A DNA stretch of 59,298 nt from Gemmatimonadota bacterium (GTDB lineage Bacteria; Gemmatimonadota; Gemmatimonadetes; Palauibacterales; Palauibacteraceae): assembly GCA_039588275.1 (NCBI GenBank), contig JBDHAC010000019.1, forward strand, positions 1 to 59,298. Reading direction: 5' to 3'. Position numbers and translations under genes: made by a program. Under the pieces are notes generated by a model that saw only the letters and a program-made list of their open reading frames with translations, did no database searches and had not been told where the DNA came from. Positions 9,331 to 19,084 of the stretch are shown in pieces (position 1 is the first letter of the stretch; each line of letters begins with the position of its first letter).

Positions 9331-9541
9331 CAGAGGGCCTCCGCATTCGGCCGCCTCGTCAGGCTCCAGCCGCGTGGGCCTCTCATGGATGACGAGGGTG
9401 GGATCAGCGCGGATTGTGCAGTGCTCCGGACGGTGGAGTTCTCCTCCTGCGTTGGGTTAACGGAGAAGCGCACCGACCGGAGCGCGCTTAAACGTCAGGT
9501 CGTGTTGCTCGTGGATCGGCTTCGCGCAATCCCCTGGCGGC

Positions 9542-9578
9542 GGCGCGCCGACCGAGGCAAGACTGTGGTCGGCGCGCC
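9542..9578 (-). terminator. Strong GC hairpin downstream of the 9634-10107 gene
   Basis: GGCGCGCCGACC-13 nt-GGTCGGCGCGCC, perfect 12-bp stem, no clear U-tract. Confidence 0.4.
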
Positions 9579-9633
9579 TGCGTCAAGGTCAGGACCTGGG
9601 GCGATGAGCCTTGGAGAACTGCCGGGCGCGCTC

Positions 9634-10107
9634 TTACTCCACGTCCATGTCGGGATCTATGTCCACCCTTCCACCGGGGCTCAAAGCTGGGCACGTCACC
9701 AGAATCCTGTACTCGTAGTGTCCTTGTGGTTCGGGTCTCATCTCAGCCGCCCTAGCTGTCCTAACTCCGGTGTGTGGGGCGCCGGTGAAAGGCCAAGGTC
9801 CTTGGGGAGGTGGGCGTCCTATGGGCTTGGGGTGGACCCGGATGCGTGGATCGTCTCCCGCCTCATCGCATGCAGCCCACGTGACGTTCCAAGTCACCGC
9901 GTCCCCCTGATTGATAAAGATGTGATACGGATCGACTGACCATACCCATTGCGACCAGCCCGGCGGGAGGTCTTCCTGCTGGGTAGGGGTGATGGTGACT
10001 CTCACCGTCCATTCTGCGGGCTGCGCCTCCGGTTCTCCCAAGGGAGCGAAAGCGGCCGTTAAGGCGAGAAGGAGTATCGGGATTATGCGGGCGGCGTGGG
10101 TCTTCAT
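9634..10107 (-). CDS. Secreted hypothetical protein, possibly cupredoxin-like beta-sandwich
   Basis: GGAGGT RBS, signal peptide MKTHAARIIPILLLALTAAFA, VDPYHIFINQGDAVTW...YEYRILV...IDPDMDV. Confidence 0.65.
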   Translation of the reverse strand: MKTHAARIIPILLLALTAAFAPLGEPEAQPAEWTVRVTITPTQQEDLPPGWSQWVWSVDPYHIFINQGDAVTWNVTWAACDEAGDDPRIRVHPKPIGRPPPQGPWPFTGAPHTGVRTARAAEMRPEPQGHYEYRILVTCPALSPGGRVDIDPDMDVE

Positions 10108-10278
10108 GGAGACCTCCGGAAAGGGTGCGGTGAGGACAACAAGGCAACCTGATCCAAAAGTCGTTAACTGGCAAGCTGGGAAAACCCCACTCTCCTCCGA
10201 AGCTCTCGCGCTCCGCCGCATCTGTATGCATCTTCATGAGTAACGATCGCCATACTGTACCTGGGAAATGGCGGCTTC

Positions 10279-12591
10279 ATGAGCACAGTCCCTCCCGACC
10301 CACCGGATTCTGAGTCACCCGATTTGCGGACATCTGCCGGTACGCTCGATGTCCCGGCACGAATCGGGCCCTACAAGATCCTCCAGTTGATCGGCGAAGG
10401 GGGCATGGGTGTGGTGTACGAGGCCGAGCAGACCGGGCCGGTGAGTCGCCGGGTGGCCCTCAAGGTCCTGAAGCCCGGTGTCGACACCAAGGAGGTCGTG
10501 GCGCGGTTCGAGGCCGAGCGCCAGGCCCTGGCCGTGATGGACCACCCCAACATCGCGAAGGTCTTCGACGCCGGGGTCACGGAGGACGGCCGACCTTTCT
10601 TCGTGATGGAGCTCGTGCGCGGGATCCCCCTCACCGAGTACTGCGATCTCTTCAAGCTCGACACCGGGCAGCGGCTGGAGGTGTTCGTGACCGTGTGCCG
10701 GGCGGTACAGCACGCGCATCAAAAGGGGGTCATCCATCGCGACCTCAAGCCATCAAACATGCTGGTCTCGGAACGAGATGATCACCCCGTACCGAAGATC
10801 ATCGACTTCGGGATCGCGAAGGCGATCTCTCAGCCGCTGACCGAGCGGACCCTGGTCACCGAGTACGGGCGTGCGCTGGGCACCCCGGCCTACATGAGCC
10901 CGGAACAGGCGGGGATGTCCGGACTCGACGTGGACACGCGCACCGACGTCTACTCCCTGGGCGTGGTACTCTACGAGCTCCTCGTGGGCAACCTTCCGCT
11001 GGATCCACGCGGGGTCGGGAAGCCGGCATTCCTGGCCCAGCTCGTGGCGCGTGAGAAGGACGTGCCCAGGCCCAGCCACCGACTGACCAGCCTGGGTGAC
11101 CGACAGCAGGCGATCGCCAAGTTCCGGCACACCGATCCGCGCTCACTGGTCCGGGAGCTCAAGGGAGACCTGGACTGGATCGTCATGAAGGCGGTGGAGA
11201 AGGACCGGTCGCGTCGCTACGAGACGGTGAACGGGCTGGCGCTGGACATCGAGCGCCACCTGAACCACGAGCCCGTGATGGCTCGGCCGCCGAGCACGGC
11301 TTACCGGGTCCTGAAGTTCGGCAGGCGTCACAAGGGCGGGGTCGCCGCGACGGGCGTGGTGGCTGCCGCGATCGTGATGGGGGTCGTCACGATGATGGTA
11401 GGGTTGGTGCGAGCGACCCAGGCCGAGGCCGCAAGGGCGCGCGAGGCCGAGGCGGCGCAACAGGTTTCAGACTTTCTCGTGGGTCTGTTCGAGGAGTCGG
11501 ATCCGCAGGAGGCCCAGGGCCGCCCGATCTCGGCGCGCGAAGTCCTCGACCGCGGCGCCGACGAGATCACCTCAGAGCTGCAGAATCAGCCCGTTCTCCA
11601 GGCCCGGCTGTTGGCTACCATGGGTCGGGTGTACACGAACATGGGGCTGTTCGACGAAGCTCAGCCGCTGCTGGAGCGTTCCCTGGCGTTGCGAGAGACA
11701 GAGCTCGGACGTGACGATCTTGACGTCGCGGAGAGTCTCCAGCGACTCGCGTGGCTCCTCCGGGAGAAGGGTGACTACGCCGAGGCCGGGCCGCTGCTGG
11801 AACGCACCATCACGATCCGGGAGCAACACCTCGGTCCTGACCATCCAGATGTCGCGGACGGGCTTGTCGCGCTCGGAGCCAACTTCCTCCAGCAGGGCAG
11901 GTACGGCGAGTCCCAGCCGCTCCTGGAACAGGCGCTCGATATCCAGGAGAGAGTCCTGGTACCCGACGCCCCCGAGGTGGCCCGTACAGTCACCAACCTC
12001 GCGATCCTATTCTACCGCCAGAAACGGTACGCCGAGGCAGAACCATTCTTCGAGCGCTCGCTCGCCATCAGGGAGCGAACACTGGACCCTGGCGATACCC
12101 GTCTCGCGACAAGCCTGAACAACCTCGGTGGGCTCTATTTCGACCAGCAGAAGTACGAGGAGGCCGAGCGGGCGTACGAACGTGCGCGCTCGATCTGGGA
12201 GAAAGCGCTCGAACCGAACCATCCGGATATCGCGAAGGTCATCAACAACCTGGCCGAGTTGTACTGGGTGGAAGGCAGATACTCCGACGCCGAGGGTTAC
12301 TTTCGTCGAGCTCTCGCGATCAAGGAAGCGGCGTTGAATCCAAACAACCCGTTGATCGCGAGTAGCCTCAACGGACTCGCCAACGTATACCGGGATCAGG
12401 CCAGGTTTGACGAAGCCGAACCGCTCTACGTGCGTGCTCTGGCGATCCGACGCACGGCGCTGGAGCCGGACGATCCCGCGATCGAAGAGACATTGACGGA
12501 CTACGCCGACATGCTCCGGCGGGCCAACCGTGCGAGCGAGGCAGCAGATCTGGAAGCGCGGGCGCAAGCGATGCGCACAGGGGGCGGCTAG
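10279..12591 (+). CDS. Hanks-type Ser/Thr protein kinase with TM helix and TPR repeats
   Basis: IGEGGMGVVY, VALK, HRDLKPSN, DFG, GTPAYMSPE; one TM; about 42-aa TPR repeats (SLNNLG..Y..AE....RALAI). Confidence 0.95.
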   Translation: MSTVPPDPPDSESPDLRTSAGTLDVPARIGPYKILQLIGEGGMGVVYEAEQTGPVSRRVALKVLKPGVDTKEVVARFEAERQALAVMDHPNIAKVFDAGVTEDGRPFFVMELVRGIPLTEYCDLFKLDTGQRLEVFVTVCRAVQHAHQKGVIHRDLKPSNMLVSERDDHPVPKIIDFGIAKAISQPLTERTLVTEYGRALGTPAYMSPEQAGMSGLDVDTRTDVYSLGVVLYELLVGNLPLDPRGVGKPAFLAQLVAREKDVPRPSHRLTSLGDRQQAIAKFRHTDPRSLVRELKGDLDWIVMKAVEKDRSRRYETVNGLALDIERHLNHEPVMARPPSTAYRVLKFGRRHKGGVAATGVVAAAIVMGVVTMMVGLVRATQAEAARAREAEAAQQVSDFLVGLFEESDPQEAQGRPISAREVLDRGADEITSELQNQPVLQARLLATMGRVYTNMGLFDEAQPLLERSLALRETELGRDDLDVAESLQRLAWLLREKGDYAEAGPLLERTITIREQHLGPDHPDVADGLVALGANFLQQGRYGESQPLLEQALDIQERVLVPDAPEVARTVTNLAILFYRQKRYAEAEPFFERSLAIRERTLDPGDTRLATSLNNLGGLYFDQQKYEEAERAYERARSIWEKALEPNHPDIAKVINNLAELYWVEGRYSDAEGYFRRALAIKEAALNPNNPLIASSLNGLANVYRDQARFDEAEPLYVRALAIRRTALEPDDPAIEETLTDYADMLRRANRASEAADLEARAQAMRTGGG

Positions 12592-12762
12592 CCTGCACCT
12601 CCTGCCCGCGTCAGCAGCGGGATTCTAGATCGGAGCCCGGGGACGGGTGCGACGGCGGGGTGGTCTGCGCTCCTTAGGCCCGGAGCTTGCATCTCGGTCC
12701 GACGCTGGCATCTCGCCGCGAATCATGGTTCGCGCCGCTGGAATCCTCCGTATCGAGACGAC

Positions 12763-13278
12763 GTGCGACTCTTGGGAAGAAGACTCCACTTCCTGTTCCC
12801 GCTGCTTCTTTTGATCGCCTGTGGGCAGTCCGGGACAAGTCCCTCCCAGCGCCCGCCTCCGTCGGCTTTCCTGGCCGAGGATCGGGGCTTTTGCAGCCCG
12901 GTTTCCGATCGTGCGGGCCTTCGGCTCGTATGGTGCCCGGCGTTGGGCTCGACCTGTACTTCCGCCGCGGCATGCGGGTTCGTCGATCCGGAGGCCGAGA
13001 ACCGTGGGCCGCCGGACCCTCCAGGCCCCGGGCCCACCAGTGAGACGCGACTGACGGTCTTCCTGCGAGGGAACTGCGCGGGGCTGGTCAGCTCCGTAAC
13101 GGTCCGCGTCGGCACCAATACGCTCGGGACCACGACACCAGGTGCCTCGGGTCTCGTAACGGCAATATCGGTCGGCGATCACCTGATTACGCCCACTTCC
13201 AACGCGGAGCTCGGATGGGAGCCGTTCACGCGCTCGGTTCCCACGCAGGGATTGGTCCAGCGGCTTACATGCTACTGA
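12763..13278 (+). CDS. Hypothetical Cys-rich lipoprotein
   Basis: GTG start, lipobox LLIAC, beta-rich C-terminal half. Confidence 0.6.
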   Translation: MRLLGRRLHFLFPLLLLIACGQSGTSPSQRPPPSAFLAEDRGFCSPVSDRAGLRLVWCPALGSTCTSAAACGFVDPEAENRGPPDPPGPGPTSETRLTVFLRGNCAGLVSSVTVRVGTNTLGTTTPGASGLVTAISVGDHLITPTSNAELGWEPFTRSVPTQGLVQRLTCY

Positions 13279-13426
13279 TCGAGCGCCGGCCCCCTGAATC
13301 GGCCCCCGCCGACGTCGAAGCATCCGGCCGCTGTCGGGGTCGGATTCCCCTGGATGAGACGAAAGACGGCCTCCCGTTGGCGTATCCGCACATCACGGGA
13401 GATCGCAAAGCTCGTGGGATCGATCC

Positions 13427-14728
13427 ATGACTCGGTCTAAGTCCAGCCCCACCTCACGACTCGCAGGAGGCTCGCTCGTCGCCCTGGGCCTGATCATCAA
13501 CAAGTGGACGTTGGAAGCCCTCGTGGTCCCGGACGGCAGAATCGAGTCTGTAGCTCTCAATCTCCTGCTCGCCCTCACCCAGCTCGCGATCATCGGCCTT
13601 GGCGCAGGGGTCTGGTTCGGTCGGTGGGGATGGCTCACCAACGTGACGACTGCACTCGCCTCGCTTGCGATAACACTGCTCGCACTGGAGGGAGCCTTCC
13701 GAGTCTTGGATATCCAGGGCGAGTACCCTCGCCCGAGAACTGAAGAATTACTTCCCGGCCCCGGGGGCTCGACCGAACGCATGCCCCGAGCCCTCATGCC
13801 ATCGGTCACGATACGCACTACGTACGCGTCCGACCCCAGGGGATATTTCGATCCCGGCAATGTGATCGATCACGTCCACAACTCGGCGGGTTGGCGGGAC
13901 GTCGGTCACACGATCGAGAAACCACGAAGCTCGTTTCGCGTTCTCGGGCTCGGCGATAGCTATCTCTACGGCCGGGGGGTCCGCTACGAAGACGTTGCCT
14001 TGACGAAGCTGGGAGTGCTTCTACAAGACGATGCGCAGGGGGCTACCATCGAGACGATCAACACGGGTGTGCCCGGCGCCAACACGGCCTTTCAGCGAGA
14101 TCTGCTCCGCGATCGTGGGCTGGCGTACGACCCTGACCTTGTTGTCCTGTTCTACGTGCTGAACGATGTGGAGGAGCGCTACGGTGTTCCCTCGATGATG
14201 GAGTTCTTCAGACGCTACACTTCCATCTATCTGACGCCGGACTCGCTTTCAAAGCACTCCTATCTTTGGAGTTGGGCTCGCCAGCGTTTCAAGAAGGCCT
14301 ATACCGCGCGTCAGTATATACGGCAGAGCATCGCCGCTTTCGTATCAGACGACGCGAAGTGGGAACAGAGCCGCCGTGCACTCGAAGAGATCCACCGACT
14401 CTCCACCGCTCACGGCGCGCCTCTGCTCGTCGTGATCTTCCCCTTCTTTCACAATCTCGCTGGGGACTACCCTTTTCAGGTCGTGCACGATGTGGTGCGA
14501 GGATACTGCGAAGATGCCGGGATACCCGTCCTTGACCTCCGGGAAAGCTATCGCGAGTACGACGGTCCCGAGCTTTGGGTGCACCCGACAGACCAGCACC
14601 CAAACGAGATTGCGCACGAGATTGCCGCACACGCCATCTACGACTATCTGAAGGCGCACCCGCACTTGATCGCTGGAGCGGGGGAGCGGGCTGCCCGGGC
14701 AAAGGCGCTCGGTACTTCCATTCCGTAG
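13427..14728 (+). CDS. Membrane-anchored SGNH/GDSL hydrolase
   Basis: N-terminal TMs; blocks LGDSY, INTGVPG, LNDV, DQHPN. Confidence 0.88.
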   Translation: MTRSKSSPTSRLAGGSLVALGLIINKWTLEALVVPDGRIESVALNLLLALTQLAIIGLGAGVWFGRWGWLTNVTTALASLAITLLALEGAFRVLDIQGEYPRPRTEELLPGPGGSTERMPRALMPSVTIRTTYASDPRGYFDPGNVIDHVHNSAGWRDVGHTIEKPRSSFRVLGLGDSYLYGRGVRYEDVALTKLGVLLQDDAQGATIETINTGVPGANTAFQRDLLRDRGLAYDPDLVVLFYVLNDVEERYGVPSMMEFFRRYTSIYLTPDSLSKHSYLWSWARQRFKKAYTARQYIRQSIAAFVSDDAKWEQSRRALEEIHRLSTAHGAPLLVVIFPFFHNLAGDYPFQVVHDVVRGYCEDAGIPVLDLRESYREYDGPELWVHPTDQHPNEIAHEIAAHAIYDYLKAHPHLIAGAGERAARAKALGTSIP

Positions 14729-15001
14729 GTCGTGGGTGGCTCCCCCGGACGACATTCGTCCTCGGAGTGTCTTCGACGCCGATCCCCCCCCAGTGAGACG
14801 AGACAGGTTTTCCCCACACTCCGTGTAGGTCATCTCCCGACTTGCACAAGGGGAAGGCAGCCTCATCGTCAAGCTTGACCGCCTCCGGGGGCCAGGAGCC
14901 CTGCGGTTGACCGATGAGGACCTCTTCGAGACAACCGCTCCCCACGCTCCTCGAAGCCTGCACCTCCCGGAAGCGGCACGTCGTTTCTCAGGAGATGCAT
15001 C

Positions 15002-16147
15002 ATGATCAAACGTGTATTCACCGCTCTGTCGCTCTTGGGCCTTAGCGTTGGCCTCACGTCGTGCGCGGAGAGCAGGCTTCCAACCGACCCTTCAGAGACG
15101 TCAGCCCGGGCCGCCGTCTTCCCCGGGCAGCCGATGGAGACGTCGACCACGGGCATACGGATGATCGATCTCGGTGTGCTCGAGGGTGAGGATCCCGCCG
15201 CCCTCTCGACGGGCTACGGCATCAATCAGGCTGGGCGGGTGGTCGGCGCGTCCGGCTCTTCCGCCTTCCTGTGGAGCCAGTCCCGCGGCTTCCAGCGACT
15301 CGACATTGGCTGGGCGGAGGCTCTCGACATCAACGAGCGCGGACAGGTGACCGGCGATCGCGATTTCGGGTGCTCGGGGGTGGGTGTGTGGATGGGGTTC
15401 ATCTGGAAAAACGGGATGTGGGAGGACTTGGGAAGCCTGTACGGCTCGCACCCATCGACCTGCCAGGCCGGCAGCACGGGTCGCGCCGTGAACAACCGCG
15501 GCCAGGTCGTCGGCTGGAGCGAGACGGCGCCGTTCGACCCCGACCCCGACAATTGGAACCAACACGGGTTCCTGTGGGAGGACGGCGCAATGACCGATCT
15601 GGGCTCGCTCGGCGACTGGAGTGAGGCGTGGGGAATCAACGGGCGTGGCCAGATCGTCGGCTACACGGACAGCCCGCTCGGGGGGCAGGCGTGCGTGTGG
15701 GAGAATGGCTCCATTCAGCCGCTCGGATGGCTTGGCCCGCCCGGCTGGAGCATCGCGGTGGCGATCAACAACGCGGGTACGGTAGTTGGCTGGAGCAGCA
15801 CGGCGGCTGGACCGGAGCACGCGTACCGTTGGCGCGACGGGTTGATGGAAGACCTGGGCGCGCTCGATGGCGGGTATCCCTGGAGCAAGGCCAAGGCGAT
15901 CAACGGTCTCGGCATGATCGTCGGCGTCAGCGTGCCGGACCCGGACGTGCCGGACCCGAACATACCGCACTTCGCCGGGAGGGCCACGATGTGGGAGCCG
16001 GGCGCTGGACCGGGACAGGCAATCGATCTGGGCACGCTGCCGGGCGGCACCTACAGCTCGGCGTTCGCCGTGAACAACCGCGGCGTTATCGCCGGCTGGA
16101 GCGATACGGGATCCGGAGAGTTCCACGCGGTGCTCTGGCTACCGTGA
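15002..16147 (+). CDS. Extracellular HAF-repeat lipoprotein (beta-propeller-like)
   Basis: AGGAG RBS, lipobox LTSC, repeated A..IN.RGQVVG.S...H[AG][FYV].W..G.M.DLG units. Confidence 0.88.
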   Translation: MIKRVFTALSLLGLSVGLTSCAESRLPTDPSETSARAAVFPGQPMETSTTGIRMIDLGVLEGEDPAALSTGYGINQAGRVVGASGSSAFLWSQSRGFQRLDIGWAEALDINERGQVTGDRDFGCSGVGVWMGFIWKNGMWEDLGSLYGSHPSTCQAGSTGRAVNNRGQVVGWSETAPFDPDPDNWNQHGFLWEDGAMTDLGSLGDWSEAWGINGRGQIVGYTDSPLGGQACVWENGSIQPLGWLGPPGWSIAVAINNAGTVVGWSSTAAGPEHAYRWRDGLMEDLGALDGGYPWSKAKAINGLGMIVGVSVPDPDVPDPNIPHFAGRATMWEPGAGPGQAIDLGTLPGGTYSSAFAVNNRGVIAGWSDTGSGEFHAVLWLP

Positions 16148-16209
16148 CCTGCGATCGCACGATCGGGCGGGAGTGAACATTCGCTCGATCCGCAAATCGA
16201 GCTGTCCGT

Positions 16210-16247
16210 ACCCCGCTCCTGGCCATGGGCCGGGGGCGGGGTCTCTT
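16210..16247 (+). terminator. Probable intrinsic terminator
   Basis: CCCCGCTCCTGGCC-ATG-GGCCGGGGGCGGGG stem (with G-U pairs) followed by TCTCTT. Confidence 0.5.
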
Positions 16248-16358
16248 CAGGCGGACGTGAGAGGATGTGTGGTTGTGCGTGACCAGCGTCGCTACGGAAC
16301 CGTCTCCAAGATGACCCCGAAGCTGTTGTGCCGAAGGAGCTCAGATGAGGGGGTAGAG

Positions 16359-16772
16359 ATGCAACGCAGCGTATGCAGCCTGACGTTCACAGTCGTCATG
16401 GTCGGGTGCGCAAGTGTCGGGGGGATACAGTCCGAACCCCTGGATCGTGGTATTGTTCGTCACTTCGACGCGCCTCCCAGCGAAGTCCGCGCCGCCGCCT
16501 ATCATGCGATGTTGGGTGCCGGGCTCATCTTGGACGAGGTCGACGAAGTGGCGGCCGGAACGTGGATGCTCGTCGGGAAGCGAACCACGAGGGAGTGGAC
16601 CGCGGGGGAGATCGTCCGAGTCGTCGTGGAGCCCGCTAATGAGGGTGGCGCGCTCGTACGGGTCCTGTCCAAGCGCAGGATTTCGATCAACGTAACGGCG
16701 AAAGGTGACTATTCGGACGAGATCTTCGACCAGATAGGATTTCAGCTGGCGGCTGGCGCATCCTCGGGGTGA
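16359..16772 (+). CDS. Small lipoprotein (DUF3568-like, tentative)
   Basis: GAGGGGG RBS, lipobox MVGC, alpha/beta body with GEIVRVVVEP. Confidence 0.7.
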   Translation: MQRSVCSLTFTVVMVGCASVGGIQSEPLDRGIVRHFDAPPSEVRAAAYHAMLGAGLILDEVDEVAAGTWMLVGKRTTREWTAGEIVRVVVEPANEGGALVRVLSKRRISINVTAKGDYSDEIFDQIGFQLAAGASSG

Positions 16773-16917
16773 TTCTCGCCCCGGTCACCTCTCACCACAC
16801 GAACTTCGATCAGCTCACCCAGCCTCCGGGTCTTCCCTTCGCATCAGGAGTGAGAAGCCGCTTGGCGATAGCCCTCCAGTGTGCTAGGGTCGTCTCCCAA
16901 CCCGAAGGGGTATTCCG

Positions 16918-18462
16918 ATGAGGTCGAACACGAGTGGTTTCGTGGCCGCAGGAACGGCCGGATGCGCGGTACTGGTCGTCGGTTGCGCAGCGCCCCTGGT
17001 CTCGACCGAGGCACGAGAGGTCGCCCGATACGCGGTCGAGACGTACTACGATTCGACGGTCGCCACCCTCGGCGACTTCGTGACGTTTCGCACCGTCCAG
17101 GAACCCGGCGTTCGGGTTGCCGAGCACCCCGAGGTCCGCGAGATGACTGCGTACCTCGAGCGGAAGGCGGGCGAGCTCGGGCTCGACTTTGAAGACCACG
17201 GCGCCGTCGTGGTCGTCGGGTTGGGGAACGCCTCGGAGCGATTGGGGGTGGTCACCCATGCCGACGTGCAGCCGGCGGATGCGTCGAAATGGGCGCGCGA
17301 TCCCTTCAGCCTGGATCGAGAGAGCGAACCGGGCCGGCTCGTGGGGCGCGGGGTAGAGGACGACAAGGGACCGATCGCCACCGCGCTCTGGGCGATGAAG
17401 GCGCTGAAGGATCGCGGAGTCACCCTGGCGAAACGGATCGAGCTCATCATCTCCTACTCCGAGGAATCCGACTGGGCCCCGTTCCAGCGGTTTCTGGCGC
17501 GCAACGAGCCCCCCGCGCTCAACGTGGTGATCGACGCGGAATACCCGGTGGTGACGGGCGAGAAAGGCTGGAACGCCATCTTTGTCAGCGTGCCGCCCGA
17601 CCAGGTGCCTTCGGCGGCCGGCGACCTCGACCGGGCCCGACTGACGTCGTTCTCAGGGGGATCGTTTCTGTCTCAGGTTCCGGAGGATGGGGTGGCCGTG
17701 ATCGAGGGTGCCGACCCGGACCTGACGTCGGCCCTGCGCGCGGCCGCGGCTTCCGACACCGCGGTCGAGTTCTCGTTTCTGGAGGGTGAGCCCACCGCGG
17801 GCGCACTCACCGTGCGAGCCCGGGGCACCTCGGCGCATTCCTCGAAGCCCTGGGAGGGCACGAACGGGATCACTCACCTGGCAGCCCTCCTCGCGACGTA
17901 CGACTGGCCCGCCGGCCAGGTCGCTACGATGGTCCGCCTCGTGAACGACCTCGTCGGCACCGGAGACTATGCCGAACGGTTCGGCGATCTGGCGTTTTCG
18001 CACGAATTCATGGGACCGCTGACCTTGTCCCTCACCACGCTCGGACGTGAGGATGACGGGAGCCTCAGGGCCGGCATCAACGTCCGGGCGCCCATGGGTC
18101 GGAGTCGGGACGAGATGGAGAACGCGGTCTCGGCGGCGGTGGACGCCTGGAAGGCGCGGACTGGAATCGAGACTGTGGAGCACTCCACGATCACGAGCGA
18201 CCCGCACTATCTGGAGGACGCGCCGCACATCCCCACACTGCTCGGCATCTTCCGGCATTACACGGGGCGGGAGGACGCGGCTCCCACGTCGATGGGCGGT
18301 GGGACACACGCGCGGCTGGTGCCGAACGGCGTCAACTTCGGCCCCGCCATGCCCGACGAACCGTACACGGGGCACAGCGAGCACGAATACATGAGCGAGG
18401 CCCAGTACCGGCTGAACCTGGAAATGTACACGGCGATGCTCGTGGAGCTCGCGGGCGGCTGA
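16918..18462 (+). CDS. M20 family dipeptidase (PepV/Sapep-like), probable lipoprotein
   Basis: HADVQP, GRGVEDDKGP, SEESDW, SAHSS, GGGTHAR, GHSEHE; VVGC lipobox. Confidence 0.9.
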   Translation: MRSNTSGFVAAGTAGCAVLVVGCAAPLVSTEAREVARYAVETYYDSTVATLGDFVTFRTVQEPGVRVAEHPEVREMTAYLERKAGELGLDFEDHGAVVVVGLGNASERLGVVTHADVQPADASKWARDPFSLDRESEPGRLVGRGVEDDKGPIATALWAMKALKDRGVTLAKRIELIISYSEESDWAPFQRFLARNEPPALNVVIDAEYPVVTGEKGWNAIFVSVPPDQVPSAAGDLDRARLTSFSGGSFLSQVPEDGVAVIEGADPDLTSALRAAAASDTAVEFSFLEGEPTAGALTVRARGTSAHSSKPWEGTNGITHLAALLATYDWPAGQVATMVRLVNDLVGTGDYAERFGDLAFSHEFMGPLTLSLTTLGREDDGSLRAGINVRAPMGRSRDEMENAVSAAVDAWKARTGIETVEHSTITSDPHYLEDAPHIPTLLGIFRHYTGREDAAPTSMGGGTHARLVPNGVNFGPAMPDEPYTGHSEHEYMSEAQYRLNLEMYTAMLVELAGG

Positions 18463-18554
18463 GATGAGCCGTCACACGGCCCTGAGGCCCTCCGCGTGAG
18501 GAGAGGACCACGTGTCCGGCGGGGTGCACGCTGTGCTCGCGACGGGAGGCGGGA

Positions 18555-18974
18555 ATGGCTTTGAGTGCCTTTGACGACAAATCGAACGCCCCCTGTGCCT
18601 CCGATCTCGAGAAGATGCTGGGCCGAACGAGTTCTCACTGGGGTCACTTGATCGCGCACATCGCCTCCGAGTATGCGCCGCTGGACGAGACGTGGAACTT
18701 CGCCGGCGCGAAGTGGGGATGGTCGCTGCGGCTGAAGCAGAAGAAACGCACCGTTCTGTACATGACCCCGTGCAGCAAGCACTTCCTGGTGGGTTTCGTG
18801 CTGGGTGACAGGGCCGTCAAAGCGGCTCACGACAGTACTCTACCCGAGTCCGTACTTGCCCTCATAGATGGAGCGAGGAAATACGCAGAGGGTAGAGGCG
18901 TTCGCATCGAGGTCAGGACCAAGAAGGACCGTGATCACGTGATGGAGCTTGCCGCGATCAAGATGGCAAACTAG
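18555..18974 (+). CDS. DUF3788 family protein
   Basis: GGAGG RBS. WNFAGAKWGWSLRLKQKKRTVLY...KYAEGRGVRIEV. Confidence 0.8.
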   Translation: MALSAFDDKSNAPCASDLEKMLGRTSSHWGHLIAHIASEYAPLDETWNFAGAKWGWSLRLKQKKRTVLYMTPCSKHFLVGFVLGDRAVKAAHDSTLPESVLALIDGARKYAEGRGVRIEVRTKKDRDHVMELAAIKMAN

Positions 18975-19084
18975 CCGAACCACCAGATGGATCGAGGGCT
19001 TCGTGCGTGGGTCCTGGGCGTGCCGAGAGCTCCGAGAGATCAGAAGCGAGGCACGGTTAAGCGGTCGTCAGGGCGGCTGGGGAC

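Noticed and set aside
14843..14919. c-di-GMP-I riboswitch (superficial GCACA...GCCTCCGG...ACCGATG similarity)
   Set aside because: Lacks the GGCAAA, GAAA tetraloop and GACGCAAA core elements.
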